Shown here: positions 36,506 through 50,300 of the stretch, in pieces
Layout of the letters: the number at the start of each line of letters is the position of its first letter
Position numbering within the stretch: the first letter of the stretch is position 1
Source: Octopus sinensis
Lineage: Eukaryota
Reading direction: 5' to 3'
Assembly (NCBI RefSeq): GCF_006345805.1
Contig: NC_043011.1
Coordinates: forward strand, 7,874,001-7,938,000
DNA length: 64,000 nucleotides
Position numbers and translations under genes: made by a program
The notes under the pieces: model-generated
What the model was told of the DNA's origin: nothing
What the model saw: the letters and a program-made list of their open reading frames with translations, nothing else
The model's database searches: none

Positions 36506-38412
36506 ATTAGGGAATATTATTCCAAACTTACAGGGAAAAATTCAATTTAGTAATACTAAATCAAATTTCACAATATATAATATATGTTTATAAATTAGAG
36601 AAGAACCAACCTTTTATCAATTCAACAATGAAATATCAATGATATAAATTTACATGTTTTATCGTATATTTAATTTTTTTTCTATATGGTATAATTTAAT
36701 TATATCATTGTTATTTCATTGTTGAATTGATAAAAGGTGGTTCTTCTCTAATTTATATATATATAAAGTTATAAATGATGAGAGAAATAGAATGATGGAA
36801 TTTATTTAGCCATTGGAATTTTTTTATCTCACAACTAGTTTCACAACTTAAAACCTGAAAAGATAATTTATTTTATTCTATTCTACAAGTAAATAACATG
36901 TCTGTATTAATATAAACAACTCAATATATATATATATAATATATATATATATCACCATGACCAACCAGGCTATCAGATGTTGCTGGTCACAATGCGCTTT
37001 GCATTGTTTTAGCTTTCAAATGATGCCACCCCGCTGGCTAAGCAAGCAGGCCAACAGAAGAAAGAGTGAGAGAAAGTTGTGGCGAAAGAGTACAGCTGGG
37101 ATTACCACCACCCCCTGCCAAAGCCTCGTGGAGCTTTAGGTATTTTCGCTCAATAAACACTCACAACGCCCAGTCTGGGAATCGAAACCACAATCCTACG
37201 ACTGCGAGTCCACTGCCCTAACCACTGGGCCATTGTGCCTCCATACATATATATATGTACTTCACTAAATTAAGAGACAGTAATGAGTGAAAATTCTGTA
37301 AATAATAATTTTAAGCTTAATCGTATAAGCATTCCGTGTATATTGGCTAAAGAAAATAGTCCAATATTGGGGCCTATAAGCCCTCAGTGGAGAAAAAAAT
37401 GGGTATTAGTACAGGTGAGAATTGAACCCCATCTTTTATTTTCACTTAAGCTTATAATAACCATTTACAAAATTTTCACTTGTCACCATTTCTTAATTTA
37501 ACACAGACTACGCACGTTTCTTTTGCACAATGCTATGAAATCACAATTCTTAAATTAATGGGGGAAAATTGGTGGGTAAGTTGGTGTAATCAGTCAGCAC
37601 ATTTATCACAAACATAAGAGATGTGGGTTCAATTCCCACATCTACTAATACCCATTTTTATTCCCGTCTTGGGCTTATATGCCCCAATATTAGACTATTT
37701 TTCTGTAGCCAATACAGTGATTGCTTATAAGCTTAGGCTTATAATAATAATAATAATAATAATATGGGAACAAAAGGGTTAAAGTGATCTATATGATTAA
37801 CCTTCTATTAAAAATATGTGTTAAATTATGTTCCAAGCACCAGCTTATAAAGGACAAAATAATATTATTAAGTTCTTCGTTATTTTCAAAATTTTTTGAA
37901 ACAAAGGCTGTGTGTTTCACTAGAAATATGGGAACAAAAGGGTTAAAGTGATCTAATCACAATTATTTCTTTTACAGTGGCAAATGTAAAGACGGGAAAT
38001 GCTTACCCTTCTGTGAAGCTCGCAATGTGAAATCGTGCATCTGTGATAATGGTAAGTCCAAGGCCTTCAGAGTTTCTTTTTTTATATTTAAAGTAGAACG
38101 TCAGCTTACAAATGTCTCTCATCTCAAACAAATCAGTTTGCATGCAATTTTTGAAGCATAAAACATCTTGGGTGATGAATAGTGTCTTGAGTAACAAGTG
38201 CACAAAGTGGCAACAGAGGGTGGCAGCAGTCTGTGGGTATCAGTTGGTGACTGTTGGTTGATGTCTGGATCAGTGCACATCCCTGCTTAAATTTGCTTTG
38301 TCTTCTCTTGAATTTTCTGTGGGACAAAATAGTCTTGATTTATAAATATTTCGGGTGAGAAATGGCCTTCAGGAATGAATAAAATTTGTAAACTAAGAGG
38401 GCTACTGTTCAA

Positions 38413-38446
<34 letters not shown>

Positions 38447-41400
38447 CATCATTGTCATCGGTTAGTGTCTGCTTTCCATGCTGGCATGGGCTGGATGGTT
38501 TGACTGAGAACTGGCAAGCCAGGAGGCTGCACCAGACCCTAATCTGATTTGGCAAGGTTTCTACAGCTGGATGCCCTTCCTAACACCAACCACTCAGAGA
38601 GTGTAGTGGGTGCTTTTACGTGTCACTGGCATGGGAGCCATTCAGGTGGCACTGGCATCAGCCACGCACAAATGGTGCTTTTATATATATATATATATGT
38701 ATGTATAAAACAAAACAAGAAAATGGAAATATTTTGATATTATTTATTCTCTATTACACATGTTCCATTTGCTAATAGGAATGACAAAGGTTTACATGTT
38801 ATACAGACCTGTAAGGAATTTCCCATTGGAAAAAGCTGAGGTTTACTCTAACAACTTATATGTTGGAACTTTGGTTTACGAACACTTCCTTTTATGTACA
38901 GTTTTTCAAACTTGAAGTGTCGTGGGTGATGAGTGGTTTGTCGAGTAAAGAACACGCAAGCCAGCAACAACAGTCGGTGACAATCTGGTAGTATCAGTAG
39001 CTGTTCAACTTTCATTCAGTGTACATCCCAGCCTGAATTTGTCTTGCCTTCTTTTGAATACCCTATGGGAAAAAAATAGTCTCAATTTACAAACATTTCA
39101 GGTGACGAACAGCATTCAGGGACAGATTTCATTTGTTAAACCAAGGTTCCACTCTATGCATATTAGAGTTGGCTGTGTAGTTAAGAATTAAGAAATTTGT
39201 TCCACAAGAGTGACTGTGTGGTAAGTAGTTTGCTAACCAACCACATGGTTCTGGGTTCAGTCCCACTGCGTCGCATCTTGGGTAAGTGTCTTCTGCTATA
39301 GCCCCGGGCCGACCAATGCCTTGTGAGTGGATTTGGTAGACAGAAACTGAAAAGAAGCCTGTCGTATATATATGTATATATATGGGTGTGTTTGTGTGTC
39401 TCCCCCTAGCATTGCTTGACAACCGATGCTGGTGTGTTTACGTCCCTGTCACTTAGCGGTTCGGCGAAAGAGACCGATAGAATAAGTACTGGGCTTACAA
39501 AGAATAAGTCTCGGGGTCGATTTGCTTGACTAAAGGCGGTGCTCCAGCATGGCCGCAGTCAAATGACTGAAACAAGTAAAAGAGTAAAGAGTATGATGGG
39601 GGTGCTGAACAGTTCCTGGCTTTGGGTAAAAGAAAATACAAGAGGGTCAGGTGATTATGATGTTAATCAATATATTCTCATCTCGGGTTCAAACACTTAT
39701 TGCAGTGATCCTTTAGATTTTCTAAGCCCTGTAAAAGAACTCAGAAAGCTGGGCCTCCAACAAGGTCTTTTGCGATACCTTTAAAACCAGGAGCTTCACA
39801 GCACCCCCTTGTTCATGGCTACCCTATTTCAAAAAAGGGAATGGAAAGAGAAAGGAGAGAGAGAGAAGACAAAAATGAAGGAAAGAGATCTGTTTATTAC
39901 TTAAAATCTAGAAAATAAAAGAGTGTAAAAATAGAGAAAAAGAAATAAAAAGAATAATAACAAGAGCACTCAGTGAGTGCAAACCTCCGCCAAGGCAACA
40001 CCAATGTTCTTTCAATGATTAGTCAGGGAGGATTTTTAAAATGAGGATATCTGAAATAAACTCGACTGCTCTCACAAACAAGAATACTGAAAATGAACCC
40101 GACCACTCTCAAAACTTAAGCAAATAAACCGGAAGAATAATCCAGAATCCTTGTGTGATACTTGATCGATCCCAATGGTAGTCATGGAATGTGAAGGTGG
40201 CTGTAGAAAATTTAGTAACAGCAATAAATAGTTTGTCTTTATAACAAACTCACCATTGAAAATAGTTTCAATAACGGAGGTAATAATTATAAGTTCTACT
40301 TGGAAATTTTTTAATGAATACTATGAGACCTTTTGGCTTTCTCTTCTCTTAAATAACCCCTTCCTTTAGTATTCTTGTTGTTTTAGATTGATGTATAGAC
40401 TTATGTATATATGTATACTGTAAAGTTTGAATATGTATGTATAATAAATGATATTCTTTTATTCTTTAACTCTTTTACTTGTTTCAGTCATTTTGACTGC
40501 GGCCATGCTGGAGCACCGCCTTTAGTCGCGCAAATCGACCCCGGGACTTATTCTTTTGTAAGCCCAGTACTTATTCTATCGGTCTCTTTTGCCGAATCGC
40601 TAAGTGACGGAGACGTAAACACACCAGCATCGGTTGTCAAGCAATACTAGGGGTACAAACACAGACACACAAACATATACACATACACATTTATATATAC
40701 ATATATATACGACGGGCTTCTTTCAGTTTCCATCTACCAAATCCACTCACAAGGCTTTGGTTGGCCCGAGGCTATAGCAGAAGACACTTGCCCAAGATGC
40801 CACGCAGTGGGACTGAACCCGGAACCATGTGGTTGGTTAGCAAGCTACTTACCACACAGCCACTCCTGCGCCATATATATATATGTTATAGAAATATGTT
40901 AGTGTTATTTAATTTCTGAACGGTTTTGCTGCCGTTTGTTTATGTAGATTGATTTCTTTATCCATCAGTTTCTAATAAGATAGGGATGCGAGAAAAATTG
41001 ACAATAGAGAAATGAAAATAATCCTTTGGAAAAAGCCTCAAGGGAGATAACTGAGAATGACTTGAAAGTCATCGTAAGATCGTAATCGTGTAAAGTAAAG
41101 TAAATATAACAAATTATCCAGAATCCTTGTCTGGTACCAGATCAATCCCAAAATCTAATCAGTTCGTGTTAGACACGAGGTCAATCATCCCTGAAAGTTT
41201 CATCCGAATCCATCCAGCGGATCTTGAGATATCTTCTCCATGGTCAAACAAACACGACTAAAAACTGTACCTCTACCATCGCTAAATCAGAGGTAATAAT
41301 AACTAACTAAAACGAAATAATGCAGATATGCAAATAATTTATCTATTATTAAATATAATAATATAAATTATTTACATGTTTTTAAGTTACGAAACAACTT

Positions 41401-41466
41401 GTCGTGATATTTGAATTTTCTTATCGTTAAATAAAATTTCATCAATTTATTTCTTTGTCACTTATG

Positions 41467-41526
<60 letters not shown>

Positions 41527-41664
41527 CGTTAGGAAGGGCATCCAGCTGTAGAAACACTGCCAGATCTGACTGGCCTGGTGCAGCCTTTGGGCTTGCCAGA
41601 CCCCAGTTGAACCGTCCAACCCATGCTAGCATGGAAAGCAGACGTTAAACGATGATGATGATGA

Positions 41665-41701
<37 letters not shown>

Positions 41702-44322
41702 GTGTGTGTGTGTATATATTTATATACATATATATATCTATATATATTTACATATATATATATATCTATACACACACACACACACACACACTTCTTTCAG
41801 TTTCTGTCTACCAAATCCCTGACAAGGCTTTGGTCGGCCCGAGGTTATAGTAGAAGACACTGGCCCAAGCTGCCATGCAGTGGGACTGAACCCAGAACCA
41901 TTAGCTTCAAAGCAAGGTTATTACCACACAGCCATGCTTGCGAATATAATTGTTTATTTCTAGAAGGACATTGTAGGGTCAGTGTAAGAGGCTGAATCTG
42001 GCCAGTTTGAACATAAAACGGGGAAGATATAGGGGCCGGATATGACTGGTTTAAACCCCAAAAGTTCAAGAATGTATAGGTACCTCATTGTCCTGTTTCT
42101 CTTTATTCTGTTTGCACATGATAACTTGTGAAATGGTCAGTAGTTGACCGATTCCTCTGACTGTATCTGTGTTTCCTTTCAGTAACCGATGCCTGCCTGC
42201 GATGTTGTTATGCTAAAGACAAAATCTGCAGACCTTACGACAGATACTCAATGCTGCCAAACGGTCGACCTTGCGCTCAAGGATACTGTGTTGATGTACG
42301 TACTTTTGTTGTTGCTTTTTATTGCCGTTCTTATCTACTCTTTTACATGTTTCAGTCATTTGGCTGCGGCCATGCTGGAGCGCCGCCTTTAGTCGAGAAA
42401 ATTGACCCCAGAGCTTATTCTTTGTAAGCCTAGTACTTATTCTATTCATTGCTGTTGCTGAACTGCTAAGTTATGGGGATGTAAACACACCAACATCAGT
42501 TGTCAAGCAATGGTGGGGAGACACACACACACATACACGACCGGCTTCTTTCAGTTTCCGTCTTCTAAATCCACTCACAAGGCTCTTGTTGACCCAAGGT
42601 TATATTAGAAGACACTTGCCCAAGATGCCATGCAGTGGGACTGAACCCAGAACCATGTGGATGGGAAGCAAGCCTCTTACCACACAGCCACTCTTGCAAA
42701 TTTCCTCCTTTTATCCTTTCAGAGTCAATAAATTAAGTACCAGTGAAATACTGGGGTCGATGTAATTGACTTACTCCCCAACTCCCAAAATTTCAGACCT
42801 TGTGCCTATACTAGAAAGGATTATTATTATTATTAAGGCAGTGAGCTGTCAGAACCATTACCACTCTGGGTGAAATGCTTAGTGGTTCTGAGTTCAAATT
42901 CTGCCAAGGTCAACTTTGTCTTTCATTCATGGTTGATAAAATAAGTACCAGTTGTGTACTTGGGTCAATATAATTAATTAGTCCCCCACCCCCCAATATT
43001 TCTATAATAGAAAGGTTTATGAAGGTGGCGAGCTGGCAGAATTATTAGCATGGTGGATGAAATGTTTAATGGTATTTCACCAATTGCTACATTCTGAGTT
43101 CAAATTCTGCTGAAGTTGACTTTGCCTTTCATCCTTTCGGAGTCAATAAATTAAGTACCAGTGAAATACTGGGGTTGATGTAATTGACTGGTCCCCTCCC
43201 TCAAAATTCCAGGCCTTGTACCTTTGGGTAGAAAGGATTATTATTATTGAGTGAGAGAGCAGTGCATGCCATCAAAGTGACACTGGGGTAAAATATACGA
43301 AGCCCAATATACCCATTATGACTATCGATCTGATAAGGGTACACCATGTACATGCATCACAACCATGTGTGTGTGTGACATTGTGATCTCATATTAAGAT
43401 AATCAGCGTATAACCTTGCTGGTCGAATAGCCCATCCCACTCGAAAGGTCCCTGAATTAGGGTTGTTTAAAGATGTTGAACGAAACACACATTTCCAAAG
43501 GTGAATTATCCAATCCCAAAGAATTCCTTTCATGGCTATGATGCTCCCCCACTACTTCTGCTCGTGATCAGAGATGCACATATCGTCAGCCACTAAGGGA
43601 CATGCTCAACTGGTTACGGTCAAACAACTGACAAGCAAATCTGTGGTATTGAGCAGAATATTTGCTGTAGCCCATCTTTTATACCAAGACAAAACAATGT
43701 ACATGATAACACTTCCAATCAGTTAAGATGAGAAGCCACGAGAGCCACTGCATAAGAGCCTGGCACTGCATCTGCTGCTGCTGTTAGAATCATTAGCATA
43801 CCAGGAATAATGCTTAATGGAATTTCATCAAGGCGGTGAGCTGGCAGAAACGTTAGCACGCCGGGCGAAATGCGTAGCCGTATTTCGTCTGCTGATAGGT
43901 TCTGAGTTCAAATTCCGCCAAGGTTGACTTTGCCTTTCATCAACTCTGCTTGCAAAGACCTGTTGAGGCAAGTGAAATCAAAATCAAATTCGATGACTGA
44001 CGTCCGTGCTAGCCAGGTGAAAAGAGCACCATATGAGTGTGATTATTGACAGAGTGGCTAACTGGCTTCAGTGCCAGTGGCACTTAAAAGGCACCATTCG
44101 GGCATGATCGTTACCAGCATCACCTTACTGGCCCCGTGCCGGTGGCATGTAAAAGCATCCACTACACTCTTGGAGTGGTTGGCATTAGGAAGGGCATCCA
44201 GCTGTAGAAACTCTGCCAGATCAGATTGGAGCCTGGTGCAGCAATCTGGTTCGCCACTCCTCAATCAAATCGTCCAACCCATGCTAGCATGGAAAGCAGA
44301 TGTTAAAAGATGATGATGATGA

Positions 44323-44370
<48 letters not shown>

Positions 44371-47300
44371 CCCGTGCTGGTGGCACGTAAAAAGCACCAT
44401 CCGATCATGGCCATTTGCCAGCCTCGTCTGGCACCTGTGCCGGTGGCAAAAAGAACCCACTACACTCACGGAGTGGTTGGCGTTAGGAAACACTGCCAGA
44501 TCAGACTGGGCCTGGTGCAGCCTTCTGGCTTCCCAGACCCCAGTTGAAACGTCCAACCCATGCCAGCATGGAAAGCGGACGTTAAACGATGATGATGATG
44601 ATGATGATATATACATACACACACATATGTATGCTCATATGTTCACATGACATGCCTTGGGTAACTAGGTTGTCATGGTTATGTTGTCTCTGTACTTAAC
44701 ATGTGAAGAAAGACTGGTGGGACAAAAGATAAGTTTCTTAAAAAAGTAATGGGTGGGGTGGCAGTTAAACATTGGTGACAGGAGAAGCATCCACTTGTAA
44801 AATACTGTGTTAATAAATCATTTCCAGTCCAAGCTGCTGTTAGATGCTGGTGCAGTGTGGAAGCGCCCAGTACACTCTGTGGAGTGGTTGGCATGAGGGA
44901 GGGCATCCAGCTGTAGAAACCTTGCCAAAACAGGCACAGAGCCTGGGCAAGCTCTTCAGTGGTCAGCTCCTGTCAAACCGTCCAACCCATGCCAGCATGG
45001 AAAATGGATGTTAAATGATGGTGGTGGTGGTGGCGCTGGTGCTGGTTGTGGATACTGGAAAGCAGCCAGCAGTTGAAGGGGATCCACATCAAAATGTTGT
45101 GGACTTATCCCAGACACTTAGTAAAACAGGGTCCACTATGCAAGATACTCTCAAGTAGATTGGGAAAGTGTATCATCATCATCATCATCATCATCATCGT
45201 TTAATGTCTGTTTTCCATGCTGGCATGGGTTGGATGGTTTGACTGACGACTGGCAAGCCAGGAGGCTGCACCAGGTTCCAATCTGATCTGGCAAGGTTTC
45301 TGCAACTGGATGCCCTTTCTAATGTCAACCACTTTGAGAGTGTAGCGGGTGCTTTTTACATGCCACCAGCACGGGACCAGTCAGGTGACACTGGCATAGA
45401 CCATGCACAAATGGTGCTTTTTATGTGGCACTGGCACGGGAGCCAGTCCAGTGGGACTAGCATCGACCACACTCGAATGGTAAGTGAGTACCTCATGAAC
45501 TATCATCTAAGAATAAAGGCAACATGCATTGTAGATAACCCAAGAAAAGACCATTTCTTCATCGATTTGAGAAGCTCTATACCTCACCATTTCTATTCAT
45601 CAGATGTTGCGCCATCAGATTTTCACTTATTTGGGTTATCTGAACACTTTATCAGTTATAAAAGAGTACAGAATCTTGCATGATGTCGAAATGGCACTCC
45701 AAATATATTCCTTTTCTAAAGAATCTGATTTTTTTTTTGTCCATGGAATCAGAAAACTGATTTTGAGTTGCAAAAATGTTATTGCTAATAATGGGGATTA
45801 TAGTTTGAATGAATAAATATATTTACAATGTGCTTTATGCCAATTTAAACTCATTACATGAAATGCAACATATCTCTCTCTCTCTCTCTCAATATATATA
45901 TATGTCTGTGTGTCTCTCTCTCATATTCAGGGTGAATGCAAGAGAGTGGTACGCAACATTGTTCAACGATTCTTTGATGTTTTTGAGAAGGTTATCACTG
46001 ATGACTTTGGTAAGTATGATGAAATTCTTTACAGATTTATACACCCTCTACCTTAATTGTACACTCTTTATCTCAATTATACATCCTTTGCTATAATTAT
46101 ACACCCTTTATCTCAATTATACACCTTTTATCTTAATTATATTTTATAATTTATAATTTGACTCTACCTTAATTACACATGCTTTATTTTAATTATATAC
46201 CCTTTATCTTAATTACACTCTCTCTATCTTTATACACCCTTTATCTCAATTATACATCCTTTGCCATAATTATACACCTTTTACCTTAATTATACACCCT
46301 TTATCTCAATTATACATCCGTTGCTATAATTATACACACTTTATCTCAATTATACACCCTTTACCTTAATTATACACCCTTTATCTCAATTATACATCCG
46401 TTGCTATAATTATACACACTTTATCTCAATTATACACCCTTTACCTTAATTATACACCCTTTATCTCAATTATACATCCGTTGCTATAATTATACACACT
46501 TTATCTCAATTATACACCCTTTACCTTAATTATACACCCTTTATCTCAATTATACATCCGTTGCTATAATTATACACACTTTATCTCAATTATACACCCT
46601 TTACCTTAATTATACACCCTTTATCTCAATTATACATCCATTGCTATAATTATACACTCTTTATCTCAATTATACACCCTCTACCTTAATTGTACACCCT
46701 TTATCTCAATTATACACCCTTTACCTTAATTATTCACACTTTATCTCAATTATACATCTTTTATCTTAATTATACTCCTTAAACCTTTCAGGCCATTGGG
46801 GTCCCGAGGGACCCCCTTTTATTTTTGTAGATTTCCGCACTATCCATAAAGTAATATTTGTTTAATCTCAAGGCGGCGAGTTGGCAGAATCGTTAACACA
46901 CCAGGCAAAATGCTTACCGGTATTTCCTCTGTATTTACAATCTGAGTTCAAATTCCGCCGAGGTTGACTTTGCCTTTCATCCTTTTGAGGTCGATAAATT
47001 ATGTACCAGTTGTGTACTGGAGTCAGTCTAATCGACTGGCCCCATCTCCAAACATTTTGGGTCTTGTGCCTAGAGTAGAAAAGAATATTTGTGTAATCTT
47101 GTATATATGTGTGGGTGCATGATACAGAACAAGAAATTTAGTACTTTATTGGTATATATTTGTAATTATTTGCGTTTAATGAAGAGGAATTACAATATAA
47201 TTTATTGACCAAAAAAGACCTTTATTGAAAGAAATCATCATCTTTTATAGTTTTATAAACTATACATACAACACGAAATATAAAATAAAACAAAATTATT

Positions 47301-50300
47301 TAGTGTATTGATTTATACCAGAACAAATACGAAGAAAATTGATTTATAGTTGATCAGAATATCTGAAAAAAAAGAATAGGAAAATATAATTTCACAGAGG
47401 GCCAATAGGGTCCAGTTGGACTCCAATGACCCTATTTTATGCTATAACATCCATATGACTGGAAATTCTTAACTCAAAATTTGTGTGTGCATTCATAAAC
47501 TGTTGACAGTAAAAGGGATGAGATATAAAATCATTTAAATAAAAAATGTAAACTTTGCATGAATTTTAAAATTAGCTGGGGTCCCTTGGGATCCCACTGA
47601 TCCATGAAAGGTTAATTCTATATAAGGTGTGTATTTGCACAGCCTAATTCACTGTTTCTCACGAATGGTAGTTGGATCCCTGTTTGGATTGAAAAGGGAG
47701 CACACAAATTGCCATGGTTTAAAAAATCTTAAAATTTGCTCGACACCAAGGAGAACAAAGAGGAATTATTAGGAAGGAAACTCTGTTTTCTCATTAATTA
47801 AGAGGGTAATGAGGGGAAGATGATTTCTCTTAATTATTATTTTATTTTTCTTGGTGAAAGTTGAGAGGCAAGCATTTGTTACTTTGAGAATCACTGTTCT
47901 AATTAAACTCATTATCAATATTTAAATATGTTCTGGTCCTGCTTAAAAAAAAGCACCCAGTACATTCTATAAAATGGTTGGTATTAAGAAACCGGCTCTG
48001 GCTCTGAGTACAAATGTCTTGTTTTCATAAGTTTTGAATTAAAATCTTCCACAAAACCTTAATCACAATTTATGTTCTTAACACTAGCTTAATGATAACT
48101 AAGTTATTTTACTAAATTCTTTGTTATATTTAAAATTAATTGAAAGAAACACAGAGCATCTCAACAGAAATATGATAGCGAAAGGGTTAACAAATGGTTA
48201 ATTTAACCCTTTTGATACCAACCTGGCTGTAACCACCTCTGGCTCTATAATACGAATGTCTTGTTTTCAAAAGTTCTAAATTAAAATCTTCCACCAAACC
48301 TTAGTCACAATTTATGTTTGTAACACTCATCATCATCATTGTTCGACCGTGGTCGAGACAATGGAATTTACCATGCTATGCCAGACTTCACGGTCCATCA
48401 TGGCATTACGGAGGTCCTGTTGCTGGATACCTGTATCCCTGGAGATTATATCAGGATAGGAGAGTGTGCACCCTCTGATATTGCGAGCAGATGGCTTCCA
48501 GAGGAGAAGAGTAGAAATTGCTTCGTGATAACTAAGTTGTTTTACTAAGTTCTTTGTTATATTTAAAATTAATTGAAAGAAACACAGAGCATCTCAAAAT
48601 AAATACAGTAACGAAAGGGTTAAACGACCATGATGATATAAATTTTGTATATTGCGTCGTTATTGTCATCACCTAATGTCTGCTCTCTGTGTTGGTATGA
48701 GTTGGACAGTTTGACAAGATCTGATGAGATGGAGGACTGCGTTGAGCTCCGACGTTGTCTGCTCTGGCATGGTTTCTATGAGTAGATGCTCTTTCTAATG
48801 TGAACCGCTTTGCAGAATACACACTGAGTGCTTTTTATGTGTTACCAGCACTAGCATGTAGCAAATTGCAAAACCTAAAGAGGATCCAATAAGCGAAGGA
48901 GAATAGGAGAGAGGGTATGGTGTATCTTCATGGTGAGAGGGTATGGTGGATCTAAGCAAGGTGAGAGGGTGGTAGTGAAGAGAATAACAATATAGATGAC
49001 ACTATTAGGGGGTGGGGAAATATGGAAGGAAGAGAGAAAGGAAAGGAATTGGTGTTAGGTGCTAGTGAGAAAGGAAGGGACAGAATGGTTAGCGTTATGA
49101 GGTGGGTTGTTTGATAGGGACTCCGTTGCCGTCCTACACTATTGGGGCAAGTATAAGCTGAAGGTATGAGGGGAAGAGAACATGAAATAAAGAAACAGAC
49201 GAAGGCAGTAAAGATCACAGCACACAGAGCTGTTCTCTCAGTTGTTCAGAAAAAAAAGACATTAATGCAAATTGATAGAACTGTTGAAATATGAGTAACC
49301 AAAACACTCCTTAATGCGTAATGTGTGTCCCTTTGTTGTTCTGTCTGCAGGGGAGTTCATGAAAACCAACATTGTTACAACAGTGATAATCTTATCGATG
49401 TTTATATGGATACCAGCGAGCTGTTTGATCTCTCGCTATGTAAGTATGGAAATCAAAATTAAACAATTTCTTTTTATTTGCCGGTGGGGGACTGTAATTC
49501 AATATCTCATCATCATCATCATCATCGTTTAACGTCCGCTTTCCATGCTGGCATGGGTTGGACGGTTTGACTAAGGACTGGCAAGCCAGGAGGCTGCACC
49601 AGGCTCTAATCTGATCTGGCAAGGTTTCTACAGCTGGATGCCCTTCCTTAACATCAACCACTCTGAGAGTGTAGTGGGTGCTTTTTACATACCACTGGCT
49701 TGGGAGCCTGTCAGGCGGCACTGGCATCGACAGCGTTCAGATGGTGCTTTATACATGCCACTGGCACAGGGGCCAGTCAGTGGGCACTCTAAATATTCCA
49801 ATATGATTAACAGTTCCTATTTTAAAGTGTTAAATATATTTCAGTATGATACACTTGTGTGTATTACCATCATCATCATTGAATGCCTGCTTTCAGTGGT
49901 GGCCTGGGTTGGATGGTTTGGCAGAAGCTGGCAAGCCTGAGTACTGCAATAAGCTCTGTTTGCTTTGGTATAGTTTCTATGGCTGGATACCATCCCTTTC
50001 TGATGCCAACCACTTCCCAGAATATACTGTATAGATTTTATGTGGAACCAACACAAGTGAGGTCCCTAAGTAACTTGCAAGACAAAGACCCTTCAACTGA
50101 GTGGCGAGTAGTATGGTGGGGAGGTGGCTTTGCGTCATTTGATGAGGGTTTAAACTGTGATAGAGGGACAGAAACAGTTGGCTTACAGTGGAGAAGACGT
50201 GTTGGAAAAGGAGAGAGAAGAAAAGATGGTGAAGATGTGTTGCAGAAGGACACAAACTTGCATCCCTCAGATACAGAGGTGTCGTCATCATCATTTACTG

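Noticed and set aside
39960-41300. Two partial copies of a possible non-autonomous DNA or Helentron-like element (cctccgccaagg / atccagaatccttg)
   Set aside because: The termini could not be defined reliably by eye, so it is left unclassified.
46301-46620. CRISPR-like regular array
   Set aside because: The units are identical tandem repeats with no unique spacers, in a eukaryotic intron with no cas genes.
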